Below, one piece after another: positions 1 to 15,730 of a stretch of DNA of 64,000 nt. Origin of the DNA: the human T2T-CHM13v2.0 reference genome, Homo sapiens. Numbering within the stretch: the first letter of the stretch is position 1; every line of letters starts with the position of its first letter. The position numbers were made by a program, and so were the translations under genes. The DNA lies in NCBI RefSeq assembly GCF_009914755.1, contig NC_060947.1; one strand, 5' to 3'. The notes under the pieces were generated by a model. That model had not been told where the DNA came from, ran no database searches, and saw only the letters and a program-made list of their open reading frames with translations.

Positions 1-222
<222 letters not shown>

Positions 223-456
223 TTAAGGTCAGCAACACAGTTTTAAAAGGTTCCTGTGAGTTGCCATGTCTGAATATTTACACACAGGGGGGTAAGTTGA
301 AGAGAGAGGAGTAGCCTAAATGATGGAATACGGACATGGATAGAACCAGCCCAGCCCTTACCCACAGTGGGTAAGCCATCTGGAAGGTAAACTATCATTA
401 AACATTAACAGATGCATCTGGCCAGACAGACCCAAGTGGGCAGGGGCAGTACTCAC

Positions 457-564
457 GTGTGCACCATTTTCCAATAAGGCTTTGGCACAGGCCACGTGAC
501 CTCCAAGGCATGCCTCGTGGAGAGAAGACACCCGGTTAATTGTCACAAGGTTCACATTGACACC
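457..564 (-). CDS. ASB11: ASB11 coding exon 3 (ankyrin repeat; GVNVNLVTINRVSSLHEACLGGHVACAKALLENGAH); gene continues beyond the left edge
   Basis: 108 nt, acceptor ttatag at 565-570, donor gtgagt at 451-456, phase 0/0; ankyrin LHxAC motif; matches the known ASB11 protein. Confidence 0.96.
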
Positions 565-586
565 CTATAATTTAGAAAGAAGAGAG

Positions 587-717
587 TTTATTTATTTTTT
601 ACAGACTGGGGTCTCACTGTGTTGCCCAGGCTGGTCTCAAACTCCTGGCCTCAAGTGATCTTCCTGCCTCAGCATCCTGAGTAGCTGGGATTTCAAGTGC
701 AAGCCACCAAGCCCAGC
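587..717 (-). mobile_element. Alu monomer (FLAM-like)
   Basis: Single-arm Alu sequence with T-rich tail. Confidence 0.8.
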
Positions 718-869
718 AGAAGAGAGTGAAATACTGCATTAGTGATAGCAATGAAAGCAATGTTGTTTCACATGTTTCTGACATTTTCACAGTCTGTGGG
801 TGTAATATTAGTACCATAGAGAGAGAAGTAGAAGTTACGATCAGGGGAGCCTAAAGACAGCATGACAGC

Positions 870-1690
870 CTCACATTCATTTATCCAAAAGAATGTTAAT
901 TCTGCATTCTGGAGCAGGTAATGTACTAGGACCTGGGTCTTCAAAACTTATGACATGGGTCTCTCTTCTCCCAGAGCCTACTGGGGAGGCAGAAATGAAA
1001 GACAAAAGAGCAAGAATATTGCTATACTGGAAGCATGTCCAAAATTAGTTTGGGAGCATAGGATATCCTTGAATCTGGCTTGGGGAGTAAGAAAAACCTT
1101 GCAAATGAGGTAGTATTTAGCTAAGACTTGAAGCATAAAATGTTTCAAGCTGTGAAGACCAAGAAAGAGTATGCCATTAGGAGAGAATAGAAACTGCAAA
1201 TTCAGGAAGCAACAGGAAGTTATTTCCTGTTGCTTCCTGTTGCTTCCTGTGGCAGGGCCACAGTCGGATTTCTGGAACAGAAAGAACCCACAGAAAGTAG
1301 AAGCAGGAGATGGGAGGAGACAAAGGAGGACAGTAAGCTGGAGCTAGGTCATGAAAGGCCTTGATTTCCAAACAAGGAGGGCATGTCTTAGAGGAAATGG
1401 AGCACCTATGAAGTCTGCTAGGCTGCGGAGGGTCTGGAGCTAATAGATTAGCCTTTTTAGAAGCTTACTGGTAGCAGCATGGAGGGTTGATTGCAGGAGT
1501 AGGGATGTAAGACCAAAGCAAGGAGAGCCACAGAGATGTCACTATGAGTCTAGGAACAGGCTGGCATGGGCCTGCTGTGGCTGTGAATAACAGTAGGTAT
1601 GAGGTATAGATGATGGAGTGCAGACAAGTTCAGGAGGTCGAGCTGGATCTGAAACAAAACAATAACTCCCAGGCTTAAGAGTAAGTAGAC
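870..1690 (-). mobile_element. Degenerate L2 remnant
   Basis: cattcatttat start and typical purine-rich L2 phrasing; boundaries approximate. Confidence 0.55.
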
Positions 1691-2017
1691 TGTGCTCCTA
1701 GGATTCATGTGCTGTGGAGTAGCAGCACTGCTTCAGCCATGACTCCACTGTGTGCAGAGGTCTCTGAAGTCCTAGAGTCCGGGGCCAGCGGACTTCTCCT
1801 AACCTTCATCTCCTCACCCAGGTATGAGTGCCTCCACCCTGTCCTAACACATTCTCCCTCCCCATACTACCATGTGTCCCCTTCCTTGTCCTGGACTCCA
1901 TGTGACAGATGACAAGGTCAGCCTAGCTGCTGGACAACTCTGACTTCATAACCTGATTTTAACAACTTGGCTCTTACCATTTCCCTCCCTCTGATGATCA
2001 CGTTCTATCTGCAAAAG

Positions 2018-2640
2018 TGTTGACAAAAACAGTCAAACTATAAAATATTTGAAGAGATTTATTCTGAGCCAAATATAAGTGACCAATGGCCTGTGACAAG
2101 CTCTCAGGAGATCCAGAGAACATGTGCCCAGGGTAGTCAGGGCACAGCCTAGTTTTATACATTTTAGGGAAACATGAGACATCAATCAAATACATGTAAA
2201 ATGTACATTTGTTTGGCCTGGGAAGGTTGGACAACTCAAAGTGGGGGCCTGGGGCTCCAGATTATAGACAGATTGAAAATTTTTCTGATTGGCAATTGGT
2301 TGAAAGAGTTATTATCAATAGAAATGTCTGTCTGGGTTACAATAAGGGGTTGTGGAGACAAAAGTTTTATCATGTGGATGAAGCCTCCAGGTAGCAGGCT
2401 TCAGAGAGAATAGATTGTAAATGTTTCTTATCAGACTTAAGGTCTGTGTTGATGTTAAATTCTGGTCATCTTTTCCTGAGTTCCAAAAGGGAGGAGGGTA
2501 TAATGAGGCATGTTCAACCCCCCTTTCCTGTCATGGCCTGAACCAGTTTTTCAGGTTAGTTTTGGAATGCCCTGGCTGAGAGGAGGGGTACATTCAGATG
2601 GTTGGAGAGGGGGTGCTTAGAATTTTATTTTTGATTTATA
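2018..2640 (-). mobile_element. Solo ERV1 LTR, MER4 family
   Basis: MER4-type sequence; 4-bp TSD aaag at 2014-2017 and 2641-2644. Confidence 0.85.
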
Positions 2641-3835
2641 AAAGGAATTAGGTCCCTGGTCTGTCCTTCCCAGCCGAGTCCTGCTTTTGATCCTATGCCT
2701 TGTAACTGACCAACTGAAAGCTTCCAAAACCCAATGCCATGACCCTGAACCCCGAACTCCTACTTACACAGCCACCATCTCCTGCCAGATCTCTGGCTGC
2801 ATCCTTGCTGTGGCCAGCAGCTGTGATTTCCCAGAATTGTCCCTTCATCATAAGGCCTCTTTTTGACTCCTGAATTCTGTCTATTTTCATGTCCTGAATA
2901 TGACATCATTACTCTAGATCTGTGCTACATATTTCAAACTGGGCATCTAATAAGAGTTAGAAAAAGTCTTTTCATTTTTCTTTTCCTTTTGAGAAAATAA
3001 GAAAAAACAGACTAGTCCACAAGGTGGCAGAAGTGTGCTAGAAAAAACTGTTACGGTGCAAAATCTCAGAATCCCTGAAATTGTAGAAATGTGATGCTGG
3101 AAAGGCCTGAAAGATCATCTAGAGTGGATCACCTCAATTGTGCATGAGAAAATGGAGGAGTAGAATGTTCAAATACTTTTTAAGACTGGTTGTCAGTGAC
3201 AGCCAGCAGTGTAACCAAGAGCTCCTGAATCTTGGTTTAATGTTTTACTCACATTTACTCACATTAGCTTAATGTTTTACTCATATCGGTTTAATGTTTT
3301 ACTCACATCGATCATATTATCTAAATGTAAAATAAAGTTTATAAAAGTAGACAAATACATTTTTTAACAGTGTATAAGAGTAAAGAAGTAGGGGTGTAAA
3401 AGAAAAAGTTGAACTTTTGTATAAAGAATGCCCCCTTACACATTTAACCATATTATTGAAGCTAATATGCTTATTAAGTATAGTTAGTGCAATGTGGGAT
3501 CCTGGAACAGAAATAGGACATGAGAGGAAAAACTGGTGAAATCACAATAGTGTGCAGTTTAGTCAGTGGTATTGTATCAATGTTAACTTCGTATTTTTGA
3601 CTAATGTACCATAGCTATGTAAGATGTCAATATTAAAGGAAGTTGGGTGAAGGGTACAGTGTATATGGGAACTGTCTGTATCCTTTTCAACTCTTCTTTA
3701 AAATTATACAAAAATTTAAAAAGCCTATTAAAAATATACCAATGAAAGTATTGAGGTGGGAGACTGAGAGAGAAGAGGTGGGTGGGAGACTGAGAGAGAA
3801 GAGGTGGGTGCAAGACGTTTCATTGTGCACCTTTT

Positions 3836-4145
3836 TAATTTTATTTATTTATTTATTTTATTGAGACAGAGTTTCACTCTTTCACCCAGGCTGGAGTGAA
3901 GTGACGCGATCTCGGTTCACTGCAACCTCCACCCCGCCAGGTTCAAACGATTTTCCTGCCTCAGCCTCCCAAGTAGCTGGGATTATAGGCGCCCACCACC
4001 ACGCCTGGCTAATTTTTGTACTTTTAGTACAGATGGGGTTTCACCATGTTGCCCAGGCTGGTCTCGAACTCCTGACCTCAGGTGATCCACCCACCTTGGC
4101 CTCCTAAAGTGCTAGGATTACAGGCGTGAGCCACCACATCCGGCC
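3836..4145 (-). mobile_element. AluS
   Basis: Full dimer; TSD about cacctttttaa. Confidence 0.95.
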
Positions 4146-4384
4146 AGTCCACCTTTTTAAATAATTGTAATTTTTGAACTATGTGAATATATTACCTATT
4201 AAAAATAATCAAATCACATCCAATTTAAAGTACTTAAAAATAAATAAGCAAGTGATAAAATCAGGTACAAAGTTCATTTGATCATTGCTGGCAGTGCTGA
4301 TTTCCATTTACCTCTACTTTTTAAGAAGTAACACAACTCATAAAGGAGAAATCAAAAAACAAATAAATGAAAAATACATACACA

Positions 4385-4448
4385 TGCACACACAGACAGA
4401 GAGAGAGAGACAGAGAGAGAGAGAGAAAGAAAAAGAGAGAGAGAGAGC
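4385..4448. repeat. (CA)n/(GA)n microsatellite
   Basis: Direct reading. Confidence 0.9.
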
Positions 4449-4767
4449 AGTGCACCCAGTGGTTTAAATTCAAAGTAGCAAGAAAGCCAGATGATTGCCT
4501 AGTTGTGGAAGAAAGACATGATGGCTTACCTCCTCTGTATAAATGTAGACCCTAAAACATACAAAGCAAATGGAGCCTGCACACTTTCATTCATTCATTT
4601 CACAAATACTTACCAGGCCCCTACTCATTTTTCAAGGTGCTGGGGATGTAGTCATAAATATAAATAAAGTAGCCTTCATAACTAAGACTTCAATAAATGT
4701 TCCCTGGGGAGTCAGATTTACCCATTGTCAACCTATTTTAATGCTTGTTCTTAAAATAGTGTATCAT

Positions 4768-5265
4768 TGGGATAGGCAGCCTCTAAGATAGCACCCAGTA
4801 ATCCTGGAATCCAGGTATTGCCTCCCTTGTATAATCCCTGCCCCTTGAGTGTGGGCTGGACTTGTTGACTCACACCTAATGAGTAGAATATGGCAGAAGT
4901 GACAGAATGTCACTTCGGAGATGAGGTTATAAAACAACTGTGACTTCCTTCTTAGGTACCTCTTGCACTCTCTCTGAGAGAAGCCAGCTGCCATCTCATG
5001 ACACAGCCCTGTGGAGAGGCTCATGTGGCAAGGAATTGAGGTTTCCCAACAACCACGTGAGTGAGTTTGAAAGCAGATCCTGCCCGCCTTGAGCCATGAG
5101 ATGACTGCAGCCCTGGCTGACACGTGGCAGCCTGTGAGAGACCCAGAGCCAGAATCACCTAGCTAAGCTGCTCCCTGGCCCACAGAAACCATGAAAATCC
5201 AAGTTTCTGTTGTTTTCAGCCATTATGCTTTGAGGTCATTTTTTAGGCAGCAATAGCTGACTAAC
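4768..5265 (+). mobile_element. MaLR LTR (MLT1 family)
   Basis: Typical MLT1 motifs (gaagccagctgccat, cagcctgtgagagaccc, gcagcaatag end). Confidence 0.8.
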
Positions 5266-5610
5266 TTAGCTTCAGGACTGCTGGTGCTAATGCATGCTGG
5301 AAGAGCATGAGGTGAGTTAGTGCAACAAACATTTGAGAGCATTCTCTATCATTCCTCATAGGGAAACTTCTTATGAGGTAAAGGAAGGCCCAGAGGAAAA
5401 GGAGGGAACTGGGCTGAAAATGAAGGAGCTCTCCAGGAAAGGAGAGGCAGGAGGAGGAGAGGCAGTGAGGTATGAGAGGACATACGTGCCTCGAATGGCA
5501 ATGGTGGGACCTGGATAGGGTGAGCCACACCTCTGCTACAGCCAAAGCTAATAAAGAATGATGTGTAATTATAGCATAAGCATGAAGGATCAAGTCTTCA
5601 GTTCACTTAC

Positions 5611-5690
5611 TTGTGCAATTAAAGTTTTAAGGGCCAGTAAGCGCCCCTGAGCTGCAGCTTCATGAAGTGGGGATCGATCAGCCCAGCAAT
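5611..5690 (-). CDS. ASB11: ASB11 coding exon 2 ((D)CWADRSPLHEAAAQGRLLALKTLIAQ), first ankyrin repeat
   Basis: 80 nt, acceptor tttcag at 5691-5696, donor gtaagt at 5605-5610; phase 1 in, phase 0 out, joins exon 3 in frame. Confidence 0.96.
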
Positions 5691-6126
5691 CTGAAACACA
5701 AATCAAGCTCAAAGTCAAGGCCTGGAGACTTCTTCCTGTAACTTGTCCATGCTGCCCACCCACTGTGAGAGGAGGTTTGGGGGAAGAGGAGGGAAGAGGA
5801 GGGAAGCAGGTATCACGCATCAGGCTCTCTCGTCAGCCACTTTCAGGGAGACAAGCTACTGAATGTTAAAGTCCTTTACGGTTTGGTGGTGCGTGCCAAG
5901 AGAAGGAACAGTCAATCTCTCTGGCTTTTGGGAGGCAATTTTAATAAGCAATAGATTTAGTTCAAAAATATAGTGCTCAGTGCTTGAATCCGATAGCTCT
6001 ATGTAAGGCAAAATGAAGGGCCAAGAAAGTCAATGAGCCTCCACATTTTTATCCTTCCCCTGCCTTCCACCTTCATCCACACCCCAAAGACTCAACAGCC
6101 TGTGTATTATGAAGGAGACTCTAAGG

Positions 6127-6330
6127 CAGGGGTGTCCAATCTTTTGGTTTCCCTGGGCCGCATTGGAAGGAGTATTGTCTTGGGCCACACATGAAATATA
6201 CTAACACTAACAATATCTGATGAGCTAAAAAATAAAAATCACAAAAAAATCTCGTAAGTTTTACGAAAATTTATGAATTTGTGTTGGGCCACATTCACAG
6301 CCATCCTGGGCCACGAGTTGGACAAGCTTG
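6127..6330 (+). mobile_element. MER30 hAT-Charlie element
   Basis: caggggtgtccaa...ttggacaagcttg termini; 8-bp TSD ctctaagg/ctctgagg. Confidence 0.85.
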
Positions 6331-7379
6331 CTCTGAGGGATCAGTGAAAATGTTTTTTTCCCCAAATTCTCTAGGTAATTTTATCTGCTTCATTTGATAA
6401 TGAAGACATATCTATTATACTGCAGAATGTCATTTTTCAGACAATTTAATCTCCCAAAAGTTTTTCCCTAAAAGCTTTGTTGTGGGCAGCTTAGTGTGAT
6501 GACTGAGCATGGGCCAGTGGAGCCAGACTGCTAGGGTTCAAGTCCTACCTTGATCACTTTCTCTGCCAAATTCAGCAAGTTACCAAAATTACTTGAACCC
6601 CAGTTTCCTTACTGGTAAGATGGAAATATAATAATCTGATATTTGTCAAGTGCATTGGTCTCTAAGTAGGCCAATCAAATACAACCGCGATGTTAAGTGC
6701 TCCGGACATTGTATGATTAATAAGTAGGCACAGTAGAGCAGTGCCATAAGGAACAGCCTTAGAGCCGCCTTCCAGACATATTTTTCTTATAATTGCTTAT
6801 CTGCAAACAAGACTAACTAGTTTAAATGAGCATTTGAGAAGTAACCCCCCATTAAACCTGCCAAAGGGCAATCAATTGTTTTGGAAGAAAACCTACTCCA
6901 GTTTGCAAAATGTAGGACTTTTTCACATTATGGTTGTGCTTTTCATGCACTGAATAGAATGTAATATAATTTGGATTTAACACAAAGGCTCCTCAACCTC
7001 TTGTGGGTGATCCTGATGGTGTTAAAAACTCAGGTTTCCATACCTATAAACTTGGTGAAACGAAAATCCCAGCAAAAATGGAATTGTGTGAATTTGAAAT
7101 AACTGAAGGCCTTAAGGAAAGAAAGAATTTTTCCAGTGGATGAGAATCAGGGTTAGAAACATTTCAATAAGCCCTCCTCCTACACTGAAACTCAATGTAT
7201 GAACTTCTCTCACCCTTTGGGTTCTGAAAATGGGGGAAACTTGAATGCACTTTACGAGGTTGGATTGATATTGGAGCAATTAGCATGAAAATGTGATTTT
7301 CAATATATCTAGATATAAAAGTAAATTTAAATGTAAAACATAGATGTGCGTATATACGTATTTTTTTTTAGCATGGTGC

Positions 7380-8470
<1,091 letters not shown>

Positions 8471-8480
8471 AAAAAAAGAT

Positions 8481-8524
<44 letters not shown>
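8481..8524. repeat. (TAGA)11 tetranucleotide STR
   Basis: Direct reading. Confidence 0.95.
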
Positions 8525-8602
8525 ATCACTGGTGATCCCATACTCCTGATATGAATGTGTATTGCTTTTTATAATAACAAAGAAAAACAGATAAAAAATT
8601 TT

Positions 8603-9202
8603 CCAAAGAAAATAATTATATGCAATAGACATCATCAATTTTATGTTTTTTGACTTTTATCTTAAGTTCAGGGGTACATGTGCAGGATGTGCAGGTTTGT
8701 TCCATAGGTAAACTTGTGCCATGGGGGTTTGTTTTACAGAGTATTTCATCACCCAGGTATTAAGCCTAGTATCCTTTAGTTATTTTTCCTGATCGTCTCA
8801 CTCCTCCTACCCTCCACCCTCCAATAGGCCCCAGTGTATGTTGTTCCCCTCTACGTGTCCATGTGTTCTCATCATTTAGCTCCACTTATAAGTGAGAACA
8901 TGTGGCATTTGGTTTTCTGTTCCTGTTAGTTTTCTAAGGATAATGGCCTCCAGCTCCATCCATGTCTCTGCAAAGGACATGATCTCATTCTTTTTTATGA
9001 CTACATAGTATTGCATAATGTATATGTACCACATTTTCTTTACCCAGTCTGTCATTGATGGGCATTTGGGTTGAGTCCATGTCTTTGTTATTGTGATTAG
9101 TGCTGTAATGAACATATGCACGTATGTGTCCTTATAACAGAACAATTCATATGCCTTTAGGTATATACCCAGTAATGGGATTGCTGAGTCGAATGGTATT
9201 TC
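8603..9202 (-). mobile_element. 5'-truncated primate L1 (L1PA/PB) 3' end
   Basis: ORF2 C-terminal remnant (ORF 8876-9145) plus 3' UTR; 20-bp TSD at 8583-8602 and 9203-9222. Confidence 0.92.
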
Positions 9203-9307
9203 AAAAACAGATAAAAATTTTTAACATGAGCATATATTGCATTTGTATTTACCCTTGTCTTTAGTTGGTTGAAAGCTGACAAGTAGAATATTTTAAACTC
9301 TCTTTGA

Positions 9308-9677
<370 letters not shown>

Positions 9678-10201
9678 TTACCAATTAGTGAGGCTTTTCC
9701 TCTAATATGTCTGCATCTCATTCAATATGAAATGTACTTCAGACATGTTACGCTCTTGCCTAGTTGCTCTTGGAAGTGAATGCATGCACTGGGGTTGGTA
9801 GGACAGTCTTTACCCATGGCTGCCAGCTCGGCACCCTGACCAATGGAAGAGGCAAACCCATAACTGTGGCTTTGTCATTTCATTGTTCTGACAATAACCA
9901 GTCAACCTGAGTCACTTGAAGGTACTGTAAGTATTCCATTTAAAAATAAAGACAGGATTTAAGTGGCAACTTGCAATTAAAAGAGTTAACATAGGTTATC
10001 AACACGAATGTTTTCATTATTTCTAAAACTTGTCTCCAAGTGGGCTGTGGTGATCCTCATTTTCTAGTAACTTTCCGTTACTTATCAGTCCCATTAGACT
10101 CAAGTCATATACACAACATGGATAAATCTCACAAACCTAATGTTGAGTGAAAGAAGCCAGACACAAAAGAACATGTACCGTGTGATTTGGTTTCTATAAA
10201 G

Positions 10202-10540
10202 CAGCAGTCCCCAACCTTTTTGCCACCAAGGACTGGTTTCATGGAAGACAATTTTTCCACAGATGAGGGTGGGCAGGGGATGGTTTCAGGATGACACTGT
10301 ACCACCTCAGATCATCAGGCATTAGATTCTCATAAAGAGAATGTAATCTAGGTCCCTTGCATGTGCAGTTCACAATAGGGCTCACACTCCTATGAGAATC
10401 TAATGCCACCACTGATCTGACAGAAGGCGGAGCTCAAGCAGTAATGTCCCTCACCTGCCGCTCACCTCCTGCTGTATGGCCCAGTTCCTAACAGGCCATG
10501 GACTGGTACTGGTCTGTGGCCTGGGGGTTGGAGACCCCTG
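10202..10540 (-). mobile_element. MER1B hAT-Charlie element
   Basis: TIRs cagcagtccccaacc / ggttggagacccctg; exact 8-bp TSD ctataaag. Confidence 0.88.
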
Positions 10541-11707
10541 CTATAAAGTACACAAGGAAGGGAAACTTGCCTTGGGTGTTAGGAGTCAAAAGCACCCCGA
10601 GGAGGGGTGAGGACTGTTTGCAAGAGGGCATGGTGGGGGCCATGCTGATAATATGCAATTTCTTGCTCTTAGGTGCTGGTTCCTGACTGTGTTCACTTTG
10701 TGAAAATTCATGCAGTTGTTCACTTAGGATTTGTGCATGTCTCTGTATTTACATCATACTTTCATGAAGAGTTTCTAAAGTAACACAGACTAGCCCTCTT
10801 TCTAGCTGTAATCTCTGATCCTCTTCACAGCTCCTGGCCTTTTCCCACTCCCAGGGCAGGGTATGGCCTTCTCCAGCCCACCCAGCAGCTGGAGACAGAA
10901 GGGCAGCATGTTCTTCACATGCTTCCCACCTCCTTCTTCTAGGGTCCAACCCTTTAGTGCCTTGGGAGTGGGGAGAAACAAGAGGGACAGGAAAGGGAAA
11001 TGGGATGGGAAGTGTTAACTGGAAGAGGAGGCTGGTCCTGCTTGATCAGTCTCAACTGCAGGCCTCACTCCAGGTCTGTGGCATGCCCTTCACACTGGGG
11101 CTTACACCCATGTACCTTTTCTACCCATTGGCATTTGGCCACCTCTCCTAGTGTCTGTCATCACTGCAGCATCCTCTGATGTCCCCAACTCTGATCCTGT
11201 GCCTCTGAGATCAAGGTTAACAAGCCTGTGGTGCCATCTTTCATTCCACCAAGAAAGAGGGAATGGTGGTTGTCCTGGGCTTCTCCCTCACCACATTGCT
11301 GCTTTCCAATTCTCTTCCTCATATTCATCTGGCATGGGGGGTTCAGCAAGTTGTCTCTCTAAGCAGATTTCCAACTTGAGAGTGAAATTCCAGGCTCCCC
11401 TCCTTTTGAATGCCCCTTATCTAAACTTGTATTGCTCCCAGAGTACCCATCCCATAGCTTCCAGTGAAGGGGGGAAAAGCCTTGCTTTGCTGAATGGTAA
11501 CACCCCAAAATGCATGACAACCACTGCTCCACATGAAGCTGTCTCATGGCTAGGAAGTATCAGAAATAGGACTGAAACCCTAGTTATGGGGACTTTAGAA
11601 CACACCTTGTTCTGGTTTTAAGAACTATTGGTTTTTAATTTCTCCTTATTCTCGTGGTAGATTGACTTGTCTTGGGTTGCTCTGACATCCACCTCCTCTT
11701 TATAAAT

Positions 11708-12515
<808 letters not shown>

Positions 12516-12568
12516 CTATAAATGGTGTGAAATAAACCAATTGTACCACCCTAAAAGTAGAGATCCAG

Positions 12569-12933
<365 letters not shown>

Positions 12934-13569
12934 CTAGTTCCATCATTTCCCAGAACTTGCTTCAAAGGACCTTCAAGGGTTTTCACACAGAACCCTTTTC
13001 CAGAAACTGCCACAGTGGGGTCTCCTGCTTTTCTATCCTTGTTCCCAACAGAGTCTCTCACTCTTACCATTCTCATTTTGCAAACTGGAGCTAATTGTGA
13101 GAAATTGAGGATAAAAGTTACTTGGCAGCTTGGGAGTTTTTCCATTCCCTTCAGGAAGTATGCAACTGAGCTCTCCAAATAAATGAATGCTTAAGTAGGA
13201 CTCAATCATTCTCTTCTAAGGCAATCTATTTTTAGTTTTTTGGCAGATCGCCCGTGTCACAGGGCTGCAAACACATTATGAAGATAGTTTACTCTACAAA
13301 TATGTTTGCTTATTCCTGATGAGGTGTACGGAAAATGTTCAAGTGCTTTTTCATTTCCCCCTTTGAATTTTTCTCAGAATGTGATTTGTATCTCAGACTG
13401 TTTGAATGACAACTTCACAACAACTTCTAAAACCGTATATATTTCAATAACATTGGTTCAGATGGAGTACAGCTGTCTAAGTTCCAACCATTTGAGATAA
13501 AAAACGATTAAACTGTTTTTGTAATTTTTACTCTAATTTCAACAAGTATTTCAGATTACTGTTTTTTTA

Positions 13570-13888
<319 letters not shown>

Positions 13889-15730
13889 TCATATGAAACA
13901 AATCTTCTGTAGCATTTATTAAGGAAAAGAAAATTCATAAGGAATTTTAATTTTGAACCAAAATACAGGCAAGAGCCTAGCAGAATTAATGGTATTTTAT
14001 GTGAAACAAAGGTAACTGGGAAAATAGAATGTATTTCCTGAGATATCTAAAATATTGTAATAAAACTGAGTTAAAATAAATATTCTCCAGAATGTCCAGT
14101 CCTAGAGAGGAGATGAGACACAGTGAGCTGTGTTAGACACAATTAACTATGTTGCAGTGTATTAGAAAGAAGGCTCCTTTGAACTCTTAAGGGCGGGAGA
14201 GCTGAGCTAAAGGAGACTGGTGGAAGGTAGAGCCTCTGCCAAGGACTGGTTGTCCCAACCTAGGAAAAGCCAGCAGGCACCTGATATGCAACTTAGAGGA
14301 TGGTTAGGCCAATGTTTGTGGAGACAACCAGCAAAACTAAATAAGAGCAGAAGGCTAGGTCGAGGTTTGGGCAAGAATGAAACTAAGGCGATCCTATTGG
14401 AATGGAAAAGACAGGAAAAAGGATTCAGAATGCTGAGTTAGGCAGAGGCATAGCTGTCAAATCATGGTCAGTCCATCAACAAGTGATTTTAAGCATAAAA
14501 CTTAGAATAGGACTGATCTTTTAGACACAGCTTAAAATAGCCCTTTTTTTTTTTGAAAGAGGGCACTACAGTTCTACAACGTCTTATCTGCACTTGTAAA
14601 GTTCCTCCAATTCTGAAAACCAAGCTTTACCCCAAATTTGATGCAAACTTGTTTAGCAGCAAAGCATGGCCAGGACTTAGGTTAAGCAATTTATTATTTG
14701 TTTTATATTTCCATCTAGTGTGAATACCTATATGTTCACTATAGAAAGATCAAAATGTTTGACTGTGGGAGGCAGCTCCAGGCCCCACCAGAAGTGCTGT
14801 GCAATAGACAGTATGCACATTGTATGATCTTTCTAACATTCAAAAGCTATTGAATTCTGAAACATGGCTGGCTGAAGGGTTATGAATAACAGATGATCAA
14901 TCTGTATCTACACTATATTTTCTTTCTTGATGACCAAGTCACAGTACTAAACATAGCTTAATACAAATTAGCAAAGCTTGAAAAATCATACAATACATCT
15001 CTCCTGAGAAAGTGCCTGCAGAAATATCTATGGACTGAAGGTGGGATCCAGTGATCCATCTGGTGCTCTAGGCATAACACCAAAGGCCAAGGACAATGTA
15101 TTAAACTTTAAAAAAGAAAAAAAAATATACATATAATAGACAAAATAAACAAAGAAGCTTAAAAACCAAAACTAATAACAGTCAACCATGGCTTAATTCA
15201 ACTATGATGAGTGATCAGCAAATGTAATAGTTTAAGCCACAAAGACATATAAAATAATGTATTCCAGACTATGAAATCCACCCCCACCCGCCCACTGCAC
15301 AAAAAAAAAAAAAAAAAAACAACTTTCCAAAAGGTTTTACAGCACAAAGAATGATATTTAATGAGGCATGTGGTGTTAAATGCAGCTTCCAAAAAAAAAA
15401 AAAAAAAAAGAGTGCTCTGGACCTACAAAAGTCTAACCTGTGTGCTGGCTAGGTTTTTCCTGCCCTTCCTTGCTTTTGACATTGCTGACAATAGTTTACA
15501 GGAATAGCATATGCTAGCAGACTCAAGAAACTTAACCTTGGGCTGGGACTTTTGTAAGTCAATTAGCTAATTTACTGATTAAATGTCATATATTTTCCCA
15601 ACAAACATTTGTCTGACCAGTGCAAAAGTGACCAAAAGCAAAGGTGATTTCTGGTTTGAGTTTGATTTCTGGTTTGAGTTTAACACTTCCACAAAATTTT
15701 GTTCTTGATTTTTAATACACCTAAATATAT

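Noticed and set aside
3234-3310. Repeat-spacer pattern superficially like a CRISPR array
   Set aside because: Human intron, only three copies, spacers of a few nt, no cas genes
8876-9145. 89-aa ORF resembling a real protein
   Set aside because: Degenerate L1 ORF2 C-terminus
11151-11621. 156-aa + strand ORF between the MER1 elements
   Set aside because: Non-ATG start, no recognisable domain or splice context; the region looks like decayed LTR or intron
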